Positions 1 through 11,869 are shown, counted from the stretch's first letter. The stretch: DNA of 64,000 nucleotides from Treponemataceae bacterium (GCA_963667725.2 CAXXHO010000005.1:1216001-1280000); one strand, 5' to 3'. Program-made: numbers and translations. The notes: a model not told the origin generated them from the letters alone.

Positions 1-1134
1 CAGGGGAAGGTTGATGATGATCAGGATGATATTGCCGATGATCATTGAGGCAATGACGCCCCAGGCTATCTCGGGGTGGTCGGTGAACAGGGTTGGCCCG
101 GGCCTGACGCCGAGCATCATAAGGGCGCCGAGCATGACGGCCGTGGTTCCCGAGCCAGGGATGCCGAGGGTGAGTAAGGGAACCATGGCGCCGCAGGAAC
201 AGGCATTGTTCGACGCTTCTGGGGCGGCAAGGCCCTCGATGGCACCTTTGCCGAACTCCTCTGGATGCTTGCTCAGGTTCTTCTCGAGGGCGTAGGACAT
301 GAAGGTGGCGATGGAGCCGCCCATGCCGGGGAGGACGCCGATGAGAAAGCCAATGGGGGAGTTGCGGAGCATGGGCTTCCAGCTTCGTTTCCAGTCTTCC
401 TTGGTGATCCAAACCTTGCCGATGGACTTGGAGTCGAATTTATAGACGGCGTTGATGTCCTTGAAATTCTTGTAGACCTCGCAGACCGCGTAGACCCCGA
501 TGATGATGACGAGGAAGTCGATGCCGTCGTTCAGGCTTTCGATGCCGTAGGTAAAGCGGATGATGCCAGTCATCCCGTCGATGCCGACGGTGGCGAGCAT
601 CAGGCCGAAGGCGATGGCGATCAGTCCCTTGAGGAGGTTGCCCTCCGAGAGGGTGATGGTAGCCACCAGGGCGAAAAGGAGGAGGGAGAACATCTCGGCG
701 GGGCCGAATTTCAGGGCCGCTGAGGCTATGGGCTGGGTGAGGAAGACGAGGAAAACCATGCCAATCATGCCACCGATGAAGGAGGCGATGGCGGAAATGG
801 CAAGGGCTGGACCTGCCCTGCCTTGTTTCGTCATTGGGTAGCCGTCGAAACAGGATACGATGGCCGAGGCGTCCCCTGGAACGTTGATCATGATGGATGC
901 GCGTGAGCCGCCGAACATGGCTCCATAGTAAACGGCGCACATCGTGATGAGGGCCGTAGCCGGATTCATGCCGAAGGTTATGGGGATGAGGACGGCCACG
1001 CCAGTAGCCGGCCCGAGGCCGGGGAGCATGCCGATGATGGTGCCCAGGGAGCCGCCAATCACGACCCAGAGGATATTGGTCCAGGTCATCGCGGTCTGCA
1101 TTCCGAGCGCCAAATTGCTGAATATCTCTTGCAT
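1..1134 (-). CDS. tctA: Tripartite tricarboxylate transporter large permease TctA (3' end beyond the window)
   Basis: Manual translation from ATG 1134 (SD AAAGGAG): MQEIFSNLALGMQTAMTWTNILWVVIGGSLGTIIGMLPGLGPATGVAVLIP...YYGAMFGGSRASIMINVPGDASAIVSCFDGYPM, the TctA signature; follows tctB and tctC. Confidence 0.93.
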   Translation of the reverse strand, partial: MQEIFSNLALGMQTAMTWTNILWVVIGGSLGTIIGMLPGLGPATGVAVLIPITFGMNPATALITMCAVYYGAMFGGSRASIMINVPGDASAIVSCFDGYPMTKQGRAGPALAISAIASFIGGMIGMVFLVFLTQPIASAALKFGPAEMFSLLLFALVATITLSEGNLLKGLIAIAFGLMLATVGIDGMTGIIRFTYGIESLNDGIDFLVIIIGVYAVCEVYKNFKDINAVYKFDSKSIGKVWITKEDWKRSWKPMLRNSPIGFLIGVLPGMGGSIATFMSYALEKNLSKHPEEFGKGAIEGLAAPEASNNACSCGAMVPLLTLGIPGSGTTAVMLGALMMLGVRPGPTLFTDHPEIAWGVIASMIIGNIILIIINLPL

Positions 1135-1149
1135 TGGATCAATCTCCTT

Positions 1150-1626
1150 TTAAAAGGGCAGCAACTGCTCTATGAAGCCGCGCGGAAGGCTGAGCTTGAG
1201 CGCCACGGCGAAAACGCCATAGGTGATCACCGAAAAGGCGATGGCAAGTATCAGGTTCTGCACCAGTCTGCCCTTGTTGATGAGGGTCGAGATGAACAGC
1301 ATGAAAAGAGTTGTGGGCAGTAAAAAACCGAGCGGATCCATCAGAAGACCGTAGGCAATGCCGACAGCCGTGGTGAGGAGAATCTTAATCCACACTTCCT
1401 TGTGCTTGACGAAGCCGAAATCGGCCTTCTTGGATCTCTTCCCGGGATTCCTCTCCTCGAGGGCAAGAATTGTCCCCGCGACGATCGCGAGAATCCCCAC
1501 GATAGATGGGAAGAGTTTGGGTCCGAGCTTGTCGCCCATCCGCATTTCCGGAAGCAGCATCGCCGTGACGAGGTAGATGCCTCCGATAGCGATGGCGATG
1601 ATCCCGGTAATAAGATTCATGGTCAC
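1150..1626 (-). CDS. tctB: Tripartite tricarboxylate transporter small permease TctB
   Basis: 158 aa, about 4 TM helices, GPKLFP and C-terminal LPRG motifs; between tctC and tctA. Confidence 0.88.
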   Translation of the reverse strand: MTMNLITGIIAIAIGGIYLVTAMLLPEMRMGDKLGPKLFPSIVGILAIVAGTILALEERNPGKRSKKADFGFVKHKEVWIKILLTTAVGIAYGLLMDPLGFLLPTTLFMLFISTLINKGRLVQNLILAIAFSVITYGVFAVALKLSLPRGFIEQLLPF

Positions 1627-1671
1627 GTTAGCACCTCCTGCGTACGCGCCGAAAAGTATTTCTCACGAAGA

Positions 1672-1701
1672 GAAGGGAGGCGCAGGATCGCGCCTCCCTT
1701 C
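1672..1701 (-). promoter_or_regulatory. Intercistronic stem-loop between tctC and tctB
   Basis: GAAGGGAGGCGC-aggatc-GCGCCTCCCTTC, perfect 12-bp stem downstream of a binding-protein gene. Confidence 0.6.
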
Positions 1702-1723
1702 CGGACATGAAATTGAAGTGGCC

Positions 1724-2704
1724 TTATTTCTTCAGGCCGACCGTGGTGAGGAGTTCGTCGAATATCTTGGTCTGCTCGCCAAGATACTTGGTGTGGGCGG
1801 CCGAATTCTGGTAGAAGTTGGTCCAGCCGAGATTGGCGATCTGATCTTTCCAGGTCTTGGTCTGCACCATTTTCGTGAAGACAGCGTCCCAGTAGGCGAT
1901 CTGCTCGGGCTTGAGTCCGGGAGCCGCGATCAGTCCTCTCCAATGGGGGAATACAAGGTCGGTTCCCTGCTCGACGAAGGGCTTTACGCCGGGAAGGAAG
2001 TCGAGTTCCTTGTCGGCACTGGTGCCGAGAACTCTCATCTTGCCCGCTTTATGCTGCTCGAGAACTTCCGCGAGTCCGATCACCGTGGCCTTGATGTGGC
2101 CGCCGAGAAGGGCGGGGATGATCTCGCCGCCGGCGCCCGGGTAGACGATGAACTTGACTTTCGAAGGATCGATGCCATAAGCCTTGGCCAGCTGGAGGAA
2201 AACGAGGTGGTCATTGTTGCCGAGGGATGGACCGACGCCAACAGGGATCGAGGCGGGATTGGCCTTCATCGCTTCCATGAGGCCCTTGATGTCCTTGTAG
2301 GGGGAATCGGCGGCAACGGTGACGGAGATCCATTCAGCCTGGAGCATGGCGATGGGGGTGAAGTCCTTGTAGGTGAGCTCAGAGGTTCCGAGAAGCTGGT
2401 TGAGCATGATGAGGGTAGAGGTGGCGGCCAGGTATTCGCCCTGTCCCTTCTTTCCCTTCAGGTAGGTCCAACCGACGGAGCCACCGCCGCCCGGTTTGTT
2501 GACGACGATGACGTTCTTCTCGACAAGCTTCTCGTCGATTAGGGATTTCTGCACGACACGCGCCAGCATGTCCCAGCCGCCGCCCGGATTGGCGGGAGCT
2601 ACGAGTTCGATGGTCTTGGTGGGCTTCCAGCTTGGGGCGGCCGCTACGGTCGAGACGACGCCGACCAGGGCGATGATGAGAAACAGCGAAGACAGTTTCT
2701 TCAT
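1724..2704 (-). CDS. tctC: Tripartite tricarboxylate transporter substrate-binding protein TctC (Bug family)
   Basis: Signal peptide MKKLSSLF...; PANPGGGWD and VVNKPGGGG motifs; SD AAGGAGGAG before ATG 2704. Confidence 0.92.
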   Translation of the reverse strand: MKKLSSLFLIIALVGVVSTVAAAPSWKPTKTIELVAPANPGGGWDMLARVVQKSLIDEKLVEKNVIVVNKPGGGGSVGWTYLKGKKGQGEYLAATSTLIMLNQLLGTSELTYKDFTPIAMLQAEWISVTVAADSPYKDIKGLMEAMKANPASIPVGVGPSLGNNDHLVFLQLAKAYGIDPSKVKFIVYPGAGGEIIPALLGGHIKATVIGLAEVLEQHKAGKMRVLGTSADKELDFLPGVKPFVEQGTDLVFPHWRGLIAAPGLKPEQIAYWDAVFTKMVQTKTWKDQIANLGWTNFYQNSAAHTKYLGEQTKIFDELLTTVGLKK

Positions 2705-2766
2705 TACAGTCTCCTCCTTGAAAGATATGCGTTCAACCGCGGGGCCAGGCCCAACGCGGGGAAGGC

Positions 2767-3477
2767 CTAGTAAAACCTGAAATCCTTGAGCTGTTCGGCA
2801 TAGCCGGATTTTTCGCGCCAGATGATGAATGATTCGTCGAGATGTTCGGCCCAAACGCTGCTTGCCGTGTCGGGATCGTGTGCTCGAAAGGCATCGTAGA
2901 GGTCGCGACGTCGCTTAATGCTTTTATCGACGCGGTTGGGGAGCACGAGGCGCATGACGCGGTAACGGTCGAATATTTCGCGCTGCGCCCAGACGGCTTC
3001 TTCGATGCGCGAGGATTTGCAGGCCGCGAAAGCGACTTCGTTGAATTGCTTGATGAGGGGGAAAAGCGATTCCAGGAGTTTTTCGCCGCTTAGGGTGGCG
3101 CGGATAGCGTCGAGCCGATCGAGGATTTCGGCCATTGCGGCGAGTTCTTCTTCCGTGATGCGCGCCGCCGAGTATTTTACGGCCAGCGTCTCAAGAGCCT
3201 TGCGGATAGTGAAGGAATGGGCCAGCTCGTAGGGCGAAATTCCGAGAACTCTGTTGCCCTTCATGGGCACGCGCTCGATATAGCCATTGCTCTCCAGTTT
3301 CTGCAGCGCTTCCCTGGCGGGTGTCCTGCTGACGCTGAATTCTTCGGCAATCTCCGCGTCGGTAAAGTAGGTTTCGGCTTTCAGTTCGCCATAGACGATC
3401 GCTTTTCGCAGATGTTCGTAGATGACATCCCTCATTGGCTGGGCGCGAAGATCGGGCACTTCCTTCAAAAGACTCAC
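2767..3477 (-). CDS. GntR family transcriptional regulator (HTH + FCD)
   Basis: IAEEFSVSRTPAREALQKLESNG winged-HTH and FCD-like C-terminus; divergent from aconitase. Confidence 0.9.
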   Translation of the reverse strand: MSLLKEVPDLRAQPMRDVIYEHLRKAIVYGELKAETYFTDAEIAEEFSVSRTPAREALQKLESNGYIERVPMKGNRVLGISPYELAHSFTIRKALETLAVKYSAARITEEELAAMAEILDRLDAIRATLSGEKLLESLFPLIKQFNEVAFAACKSSRIEEAVWAQREIFDRYRVMRLVLPNRVDKSIKRRRDLYDAFRAHDPDTASSVWAEHLDESFIIWREKSGYAEQLKDFRFY

Positions 3478-3544
3478 GCAAGGCCTCCATGCAACTCATC
3501 TTTGGGATGAAAGGGGACAATAATCTTCAAAAATATTCAAAATC

Positions 3545-3578
3545 CCGTATTCCGTATTCTGTATACAAGGTGTATAAT
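3545..3578. promoter_or_regulatory. Probable GntR operator and -10 region in the divergent spacer
   Basis: CCGTATT-CCGTATT-CTGTATACA 7-bp repeats ending in palindromic TGTATACA, followed by TATAAT. Confidence 0.55.
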
Positions 3579-3634
3579 AGACCAGAGTCGCGAATCTGTA
3601 AAGTGGAAATTTTCCGATTTTATAGGAGGGTGTC

Positions 3635-5578
3635 ATGGCCAGCAAGAATCTCGTGCGGAAGCTGATCGATAGTCACAGGATAACCGGAAAGGGAAGCATG
3701 GATGCTGAAGGCGAGACGCTCGTCAGAATTGACCAGACTTTGACCCAGGATACCACGGGCACGATGGCGTATCTCCAGTTTGAGGCCCTCGGCGTGGAAA
3801 AGGTCAAGACCGAGCGCTCCGTGAGCTATGTCGATCACAACCTCCTCCAGGTGGGGTTCGAGAACGCCGACGACCATAATTTCCTTCAGGACATAGCCGC
3901 CAAGTATGGAATAATTTTTTCCAGACCGGGGAACGGTATTTGCCATCAGGTTCACCTTGAGCGCTTCGGGGTTCCCGGCAAGACGCTTCTCGGCTCGGAT
4001 AGCCACACCCCCACGGCGGGGGCTCTCGGCATGCTGGCCATTGGCGCGGGCGGCCTCGATGTCGCCTTGGCCATGGCTGGTTTCCCTTTTTCCTTTCCGG
4101 AACCCAAGGTCCTTCGCGTAGAGCTTCGCGGGAAGCTGCGGCCCATGGTGAGCGCCAAGGATGTCGTCCTGGGAGTGCTGAGGCGGCTCACGGTCAAAGG
4201 CGGCGTGGGAAAGATCCTCGAATACTCAGGCGAGGGCGTCGCCACGCTCTCCGTGCCGCAGCGAGGCACCATCACCAATATGGGCGCCGAACTGGGCGCC
4301 ACGACCTCGGTTTTCCCGAGCGACGAAGTGACGAGACGCTTTCTTGAGGCGCAGGGGCGAGGAAGCGATTATATTCCGCTCGCCGCCGATCCCGATGCCC
4401 TCTATGACGAGGAAATCATAGTCGACCTTTCGACGCTCGAACCTCTCATCGCCCTGCCTCATATGCCCGACCGCGTCGTTCCCGTACGCGAGGTCGCCGG
4501 CAAGCCGGTGGACCAGTGCTTTATCGGAAGCTGCACGAATTCTTCCTATTATGATCTCGCCGTGAGCGCATCGATCCTCAAGGGGCGCCATGTGGCGGAG
4601 AAGACAAGCCTCGTCATAGGGCCGGGATCGCGCCAGACCCTCCTCATGATAACGAGGGACGGCATTTTGGCCGATTTTGTGGAAGCCGGGGCGCGAATCC
4701 TGGAATGCGCCTGCGGTCCCTGCATAGGGATTGGGCAGGCGCCGCGCACGGACGCGGTTTCCCTGCGCAGCTCCAACAGGAACTTCGAGGGCCGTTCGGG
4801 CACGAAGTCGGCGCTTGTCCATCTCGTAAGCGCCGAGACGGCCGCCGCGTCGGCCATACGCGGCGTCATCACCGACCCGCGCGAGTTCGCTGAATCCGCC
4901 GCGGTTCGCGCTCCCGACCGCTTCGTGGCCGACGATTCCATGTTCGTTTTCCCGAAAGCCTCTGGCAAAGACCTGGCGGTCCGCCGCGGCCCGAACATCG
5001 CGGCGCTGCCCACCTTCGAGCCCATCGCGGACAGCATTAAGGCAGAGGTTCTCCTCGCCATGGGCGACAATATCACCACCGACCACATACTCCCGGCGGG
5101 AAGCAGGATAATGTCCCTGCGCTCTAATCTTCCCGAGATTTCCAAGTACTGTTTCGCCGCTGTCGATCCAAGTTTCCCCGAAAGGTCGCTGGCCGCCGGC
5201 GGCGGCATCCTCGTGGGCGGCGAGAACTACGGGCAAGGCTCAAGCAGGGAACATGCGGCATTGTCGCCCAGGTTTCTCGGCGTGAAAGCCGTCATCGTGC
5301 TGTCCTACGCTCGCATCCATAGGCAGAACCTCGTCAACGCGGGAATCCTGCCCCTGATCTTCGAAAGCAGGAAAGATTACGCCCGCGTTTCCAAGGGGGA
5401 CAGGCTTTCCATCGTGAATATCAGGAAAGGGCTCTCCATGGACAGGTTCGAGATCCTCAACGAAACCACGGGCCTTGCGTTTACGGCGCGCCATGGCTTG
5501 TCAGGGCGGCAGGTCGAACTGCTTCTCGCCGGCGGGGCGCTCAACGCCGCGCGCCGCGAACTCGCCGTAAGCCGATAA
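3635..5578 (+). CDS. Aconitate hydratase (short single-chain aconitase family, [4Fe-4S])
   Basis: TQDTTGT, GICHQ, GSDSHT, IGSCTN, CGPCIG, SSNRNFEGR, ITTDHI, YGQGSSREHAA motifs. Confidence 0.92.
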   Translation: MASKNLVRKLIDSHRITGKGSMDAEGETLVRIDQTLTQDTTGTMAYLQFEALGVEKVKTERSVSYVDHNLLQVGFENADDHNFLQDIAAKYGIIFSRPGNGICHQVHLERFGVPGKTLLGSDSHTPTAGALGMLAIGAGGLDVALAMAGFPFSFPEPKVLRVELRGKLRPMVSAKDVVLGVLRRLTVKGGVGKILEYSGEGVATLSVPQRGTITNMGAELGATTSVFPSDEVTRRFLEAQGRGSDYIPLAADPDALYDEEIIVDLSTLEPLIALPHMPDRVVPVREVAGKPVDQCFIGSCTNSSYYDLAVSASILKGRHVAEKTSLVIGPGSRQTLLMITRDGILADFVEAGARILECACGPCIGIGQAPRTDAVSLRSSNRNFEGRSGTKSALVHLVSAETAAASAIRGVITDPREFAESAAVRAPDRFVADDSMFVFPKASGKDLAVRRGPNIAALPTFEPIADSIKAEVLLAMGDNITTDHILPAGSRIMSLRSNLPEISKYCFAAVDPSFPERSLAAGGGILVGGENYGQGSSREHAALSPRFLGVKAVIVLSYARIHRQNLVNAGILPLIFESRKDYARVSKGDRLSIVNIRKGLSMDRFEILNETTGLAFTARHGLSGRQVELLLAGGALNAARRELAVSR

Positions 5579-5600
5579 GGGCAGGAAAAGAGGAAAGCAG

Positions 5601-6689
5601 ATGGGTGGAGAATCTTTCGGCTGGGAAGAAAGAATCCTCGAAGGCAGCGGCGAGTTCGCGGCGCGGAAGCGCCTCCTCGAATCGCGAGGCCTCTCTGTCC
5701 CCGGCGAAGAGGATGTAGTCCTTGGCCTTTTCGATGATGATGGCCTCGTCGCGACAGGGTCCCTCGTCGGTTCTGTCCTGGAAGGAATAGCCGTGGCCGA
5801 CGCGTACGAAGGAGAGGGCGCCGCCGTCGCTGTCGTTTCCTCGCTCATCAAACGAGCGGTGGAAGGCGGCAGGAAGCAGCTGTTCCTTTTCACGAAGGCT
5901 TCCGAGGCCAGCCGTTTCGAGGCGATGGGCTTTTCCTTCATCGTTTCGACAGGCAGCCAAGGCGTTGCCCTCCTCGAGTGGGGCATGGAAGGAATCGCCT
6001 TCTGGCTGAAAGCGCTGAAGACTCGAACCGAGGGGAAACCTCATGGCGCCGCCGCTGTCGTCGTCAACTGCAATCCCTTTACTCTTGGCCATCGCAAGCT
6101 CATCGAATATGCCGCGTCCAAAGCTCCCTGGCTTTATGTCCTTGTCGTCGAGGAGGACAGGTCCCTCTTTCCCTTCGGGGTAAGGGTGGAACTCGTCAGG
6201 CAGGGCATCGCCGATCTGCCGAATGTGACCGTACTCGAAGGCGGACCTTACGTGATCTCTTCCGCGACTTTCCCGACGTATTTTATCCGCCCGGGCGAAA
6301 AAAACGGCGACGAGGCGGATAGGGCGGTAGAATTCCACGCGGCGCTCGATCTTGCGCTGTTCAGGCGTCATATCGCGCCCGCGCTTCATGTGACCGACCG
6401 TTTCGTGGGCACGGAGCCCTATTGTGCGACCACCTCGACATATAACAGGATAATGAAAGAAATACTCACCGCGAAGGACGGAGGGGGTGAGCCACTCCGC
6501 GTTCACGAAATGCCCCGTTTCGAAAAAGAAGGAGCGCCGGTGAGCGCCTCGAAGGTGCGTGAACTGATAAAGAGAAGTGATATGGATGCTGCAAAAGCAC
6601 TTGTTCCCCCCACGACCTGGGCTTGGCTCATTTCGCCGGAAGCCGTTCCCGTTCTGGAACGGATAAAAAAGAGCGATTCCCGTCACTGA
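5601..6689 (+). CDS. citC: [Citrate (pro-3S)-lyase] ligase
   Basis: GNAT-like N-terminus, then VNCNPFTLGH, GPYVISSATFPTYF, RFVGTEP, VSASKVR. Confidence 0.93.
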   Translation: MGGESFGWEERILEGSGEFAARKRLLESRGLSVPGEEDVVLGLFDDDGLVATGSLVGSVLEGIAVADAYEGEGAAVAVVSSLIKRAVEGGRKQLFLFTKASEASRFEAMGFSFIVSTGSQGVALLEWGMEGIAFWLKALKTRTEGKPHGAAAVVVNCNPFTLGHRKLIEYAASKAPWLYVLVVEEDRSLFPFGVRVELVRQGIADLPNVTVLEGGPYVISSATFPTYFIRPGEKNGDEADRAVEFHAALDLALFRRHIAPALHVTDRFVGTEPYCATTSTYNRIMKEILTAKDGGGEPLRVHEMPRFEKEGAPVSASKVRELIKRSDMDAAKALVPPTTWAWLISPEAVPVLERIKKSDSRH

Positions 6690-6728
6690 ACGGGCGTTCT
6701 CACAGAAAGAAAGCGAGGAGGACTAGAT

Positions 6729-7001
6729 ATGGAAGCAAAAAAAACTGCTACGGCAGGTTCGCTCGAATCGAGCGATGTTCTCGTCACAATATCGCCGGCG
6801 GCCGGTTCGGCCGTGGAACTCAAGATCGAAAGTATCGTGATCAAACAGTTTGGAAAGAGAACCCGAAGCGTGACTGAAGAGGTCGTAGCCGCCTCCGGCA
6901 TCAAGGGAGTAAGCGTGCATGTCCAAGATCGCGGGGCGCTTGAGTGCACCCTTCGGGCAAGACTAGAGACAGCCATCGCCCGCGCCGCCGAGCCCGCATG
7001 A
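6729..7001 (+). CDS. citD: Citrate lyase acyl carrier protein (gamma subunit)
   Basis: 90 aa; AGSLESSD attachment-serine motif and QDRGALECTLRARLETAIARA. Confidence 0.93.
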   Translation: MEAKKTATAGSLESSDVLVTISPAAGSAVELKIESIVIKQFGKRTRSVTEEVVAASGIKGVSVHVQDRGALECTLRARLETAIARAAEPA

Positions 7002-8392
7002 CGGATCCCATCCTCCAGGCCAGGGAGGAACGCTGGACAAAAAAACTCGCTCTCGCGAGATCGCTTAAAGCCCGCTGTCACGGGCAGCCTGCTTCCCTGG
7101 CCGTTCTTACCTTGCGCATGCCTTCCCCGCTCCGGACTTCCGGACAGTTCGATGAGCTTGCCAGAATAGTCTTCCTGTCTTTTGCCGATGAGGTAGTCGA
7201 AAGCGATATCCGGGTTTTAGGCCAGGAGTTCAGGCTTGGAGCCGATGGTCCTGAAGGCTATTTAGCCGCAGAGGCCGATGCTCCGACGCTGAAACGCGCA
7301 GCGGTCGACCTTGAGGCCTGCGACCCCTGGGGAGAGCTTGTCGATATCGATATCATGGATTCGGAGGGAGAACCCTTCGGGCGAAAAGAACTTGGGATGG
7401 GACCGCGCGCCTGTCTCGTTTGCGGAAAAGAAGCGGCGTGTTGTTCGGCCGGCAGGACCCATGATCCTGATCTCGTGGCCGAGCGCGTCCGGGAAATCGC
7501 GAAACGTCCTCGCCTGTCTTTGAAAGGCATGGCTGAGCGCATTGGTCGGCTAGCGCTGACCGCAACACTTCTCGAGGCGGCGGCGGCGCCCAAGCCCGGC
7601 CTTGTCGATCCGCTTTCTCCCGGCGCCCATCGCGACATGGACTATTTTACCTTTCTGTCGAGCGCCGCCGCCCTCGGCCCATGGTTCGCGGAGTTCGCCA
7701 GGCTTGGCACTGGTCATCGCGGCGAACTCTCGGGCCTTCTCCCCATCCTTCGCGAAGCCGGGAAGGCCGCGGAGCGCGACATGTTCGCCGCAACGGGCGG
7801 CATCAATACGCATAAAGGCCTCATCTTCTCGATGGGGCTGCTCTGCGCAGGCGCCGGCCGCCTGGCGGCGGCCGGCGCCTCCCTTGCCCCCCAGACCTGC
7901 GCAGAACCCAGGCTAGTGGCTTCCCGCGCCGCCGACATTGTTCAAGGCATCACGCTCCGTGATTTCAACGGCATCGACAAAGGCAAAGCCACCGCCGGCG
8001 AAAGACTCTACGCGAGCGAAGGCGTTCGCGGCATCCGCGGCGAGGCCGAAGATGGCTTCCCCGCTGTCATCGAGCACGCCCTTCCTCGCCTTCGCGCAGG
8101 TCTCTCGGCCGGTCTCTCCATGAATGATGCCATGATCGACGCGCTTCTTGTCCTTTTCTCGGTGGTCGAGGACACGAATGTCCTTGGTCGCGCGGGCCGC
8201 GAAGGCTTGGACTTTCTCCGCGCCGAGGCGCACCGGGCCCTCGCGGCGGGAGGAATGGCCTCGGCCGGGGGACGCGAGGCCATTCTCGCCATGGACAAGA
8301 CCCTCAGCGCTCGCAATATAAGCCCGGGAGGTTGCGCCGACCTTCTCGCGCTCACCGTCTTCCTCGAGCAGCTTTCGACAGCTGGCAACTAG
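6998..8392 (+). CDS. citXG: CitX-CitG fusion (holo-ACP synthase + triphosphoribosyl-dephospho-CoA synthase)
   Basis: N-part ILQAREER...GELVDIDI...PRACLVC (CitX); C-part [37 protein letters not shown] (CitG); ATG overlaps citD stop. Confidence 0.9.
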   Translation: MTDPILQAREERWTKKLALARSLKARCHGQPASLAVLTLRMPSPLRTSGQFDELARIVFLSFADEVVESDIRVLGQEFRLGADGPEGYLAAEADAPTLKRAAVDLEACDPWGELVDIDIMDSEGEPFGRKELGMGPRACLVCGKEAACCSAGRTHDPDLVAERVREIAKRPRLSLKGMAERIGRLALTATLLEAAAAPKPGLVDPLSPGAHRDMDYFTFLSSAAALGPWFAEFARLGTGHRGELSGLLPILREAGKAAERDMFAATGGINTHKGLIFSMGLLCAGAGRLAAAGASLAPQTCAEPRLVASRAADIVQGITLRDFNGIDKGKATAGERLYASEGVRGIRGEAEDGFPAVIEHALPRLRAGLSAGLSMNDAMIDALLVLFSVVEDTNVLGRAGREGLDFLRAEAHRALAAGGMASAGGREAILAMDKTLSARNISPGGCADLLALTVFLEQLSTAGN

Positions 8393-8412
8393 CTCAATCC
8401 AGGAGGCAAACC

Positions 8413-9657
<1,245 letters not shown>

Positions 9658-9669
9658 GCGCCGGTCTTT

Positions 9670-10617
9670 TTAGGGTATCGGCTTTAGCCTTTCCTCGGCG
9701 GATTTCAGCGCCTCTTCCGCGGCGGGACGCCAGGAATGCCCGGGCGCCCGCTCGATGAATATCCGCAGGTCCGCGACGCATTTCCCAAAGTTTTGGGCAT
9801 AGAAATTCGCCATTCCGCGCAGGCAATAGGCGCTGGGGTCGTTCGGCCTCAGGGCCATATAGACTTCGATGGCTTTGAGGGCTTGCCGCGGCTCTACTTT
9901 CTGCCTGATCTGCGCCTCGAGGTACCTAGTTTCGGGATTGTTCGGCATCGCCCGCACCGCCGCGTCGATATCCCAGGAGGCCTGGTAGAAATATGGATAG
10001 TAGCTCGAGTCGGTTCTGGGGTAGGTCTCGGCGGAAGCATAGTACGCCAAGGCGGAGTAGTAAGAGAAGACCGGCGAAGCGTAGCGCTCTTTGCCGCTTT
10101 CGAGCGCGGTGATCGCGTAGCTAAGAGCCTTCCTGGTACTTTCAGGCGCGCTTTTCGCCACCTGCGGAAAAAGGATGTAATAATTGGCCTGGCCGATCGC
10201 CAGGTAGGCGAGGGCCTGGTCGCGGGGAGAATCGAGTGGCGCCCCTCTCAATTTTTCCTGAAGCTCCATGAAGGAATAGTAGAGTGCGCAGAGCATGAAG
10301 CCATCCATAGCCGAGCAGCTATCCTTCTCGCCTATCATTTGCGCGTAATTGAGAAGTCTGTCCCGAGCCGTCCCCCAGTCTTCCTCTTCCCAAGAGCCCA
10401 CGGCTGAGCCCAGCACTTCCAAAGAGATTTCATATTCCGGGATCGTCGACACCACCGCGGCGAGGTTCTTGAGCACGGGGAGTGGGTCATAAGGTTTCCT
10501 TGCAAAGGATGAGACGAGATAGAGAGGCAGTTGGTCGGCGACCGGTTGCGCTTGGGCGCTCGCCGTCGCCAGGAAAATCCCGATCGCGCAAACGAGGATC
10601 ACGCCGAACTTTTTCAT
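9670..10617 (-). CDS. Secreted helical/TPR-repeat protein, function unknown
   Basis: Signal peptide MKKFGVILVCAIG...AQA; C-terminal TPR-like units (PNDPSAYCLRGMANFY). Confidence 0.65.
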   Translation of the reverse strand: MKKFGVILVCAIGIFLATASAQAQPVADQLPLYLVSSFARKPYDPLPVLKNLAAVVSTIPEYEISLEVLGSAVGSWEEEDWGTARDRLLNYAQMIGEKDSCSAMDGFMLCALYYSFMELQEKLRGAPLDSPRDQALAYLAIGQANYYILFPQVAKSAPESTRKALSYAITALESGKERYASPVFSYYSALAYYASAETYPRTDSSYYPYFYQASWDIDAAVRAMPNNPETRYLEAQIRQKVEPRQALKAIEVYMALRPNDPSAYCLRGMANFYAQNFGKCVADLRIFIERAPGHSWRPAAEEALKSAEERLKPIP

Positions 10618-10854
10618 ATCGAGCCTCCACCGCGTTTTCTATTATGGATACCGCCGCATCCGGCGGTTAATATGCGTTATTTTCTCAGGACCTCGCGGCG
10701 AAGTAAAGCGAAAAGCGCGAAACAGTGGCCGTCTCGTGCCGATCGATGGCGGGGCCGCGCCCGATTCGTACTGGCCTGATTTGCCCCAGTCTGTATTGGC
10801 TCGCCCGTCTTGGCCCGCTTGCCCCTTAGCCCCTCCTCGGGCATACTTTAGGCC

Positions 10855-11295
10855 ATGGAAGAACGATCACCCTATCGCCACAAAGCGCAGTATTACGAAA
10901 CCGACCAGATGGGCGTCGTCCACCACTCGAACTATCTCCGCTGGTTCGAGGAAGCCCGCACCGATTTGCTCGAGCGAGCCGGCCTCGGCTACGACAAGAT
11001 GGAAGAGCGGGGCATCATGGTCCCGGTGCTCGCGGCTTCCTGCGAGTACAAATCAAGCGTTCGCTATGGTGAGAGCGTCGCCATCATCCCGAGGGTGGAG
11101 GCGTATACGGGGCTGCGGATGACTCTATCGTATCGCGTCCTTGACGTTGAGAGCGGCGAGCTGCGCGCCACGGGCGAGACGCGCCACGCTTTTCTCGATC
11201 GCGATTTCAGGCCCTCGTCCCTGAGGCGAAACCATCCCGACGTGGATGAGCTGATGATAAACCTGACCAACGCCGCTTTAGCGCCTATTTCCTGA
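10855..11295 (+). CDS. Acyl-CoA thioesterase, YbgC/4HBT family
   Basis: YYETDQMGVVHHSNYLRWFEEAR hot-dog-fold motif. Confidence 0.9.
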   Translation: MEERSPYRHKAQYYETDQMGVVHHSNYLRWFEEARTDLLERAGLGYDKMEERGIMVPVLAASCEYKSSVRYGESVAIIPRVEAYTGLRMTLSYRVLDVESGELRATGETRHAFLDRDFRPSSLRRNHPDVDELMINLTNAALAPIS

Positions 11296-11869
11296 GAGAC
11301 TGTTCGGATTCCTCAAATTCAGGGCCGCCGTCGAGCATAAGCCCCATCGCGTGCAGGTCGAAAAATCGGCCGTCAATGGATATTTCGGCGTGCAGGGTGC
11401 CCTCGAGCGCGAAACCTTTTTTCCTGTAGAGCGCTATCGCCCTATCGTTATCCACGCGGACATGGAGATCGATCTTGTGAATGACCGACGTCTCCATAGC
11501 CCATTTGATCAGCGTGTCGATCATCGCGCCGCCCGCGCCGAGGCCCCAGAATTCCTTGCGCACCGACAGGCCGAATTCGCCCGCATGCCTCGTCCGCGGC
11601 CGCTTCCCCGCCGCAAAATTGAGCGCCGCCACGATCCTGCCGCCCACGAGTCCCAAAAAGTAGACCTGCCCGGCGGCCGCGGCGGCCCCGCGCAGGAAGG
11701 CTTCCTCCTCCGCCAGCGTCATGCCGAACTCCCCCGGCCCGAAGGTGAGGTTGTCCGACTCGCCGCAGACCTCTTCCACGTAGGCTATGAGGGCACCCGC
11801 GTCCTCAGGCGAGGCTTCGCGAATATCCATGACCTGACCGTTTTTCAGCGCGATGGCGATACCATCCAT
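11285..11869 (-). CDS. GNAT family N-acetyltransferase
   Basis: FGLSVRKEFWGLGAG, VRVDNDRAIALYRKKGF; ATG 11869 with SD GGAGGA. Confidence 0.88.
   Translation of the reverse strand: MDGIAIALKNGQVMDIREASPEDAGALIAYVEEVCGESDNLTFGPGEFGMTLAEEEAFLRGAAAAAGQVYFLGLVGGRIVAALNFAAGKRPRTRHAGEFGLSVRKEFWGLGAGGAMIDTLIKWAMETSVIHKIDLHVRVDNDRAIALYRKKGFALEGTLHAEISIDGRFFDLHAMGLMLDGGPEFEESEQSLRK

Noticed and set aside
11..1323. Several plus-strand ORFs in the ORF track over the first 1.3 kb
   Set aside because: Antisense shadows of tctA/tctB; the real tctA is absent from the track because its stop lies outside the window.
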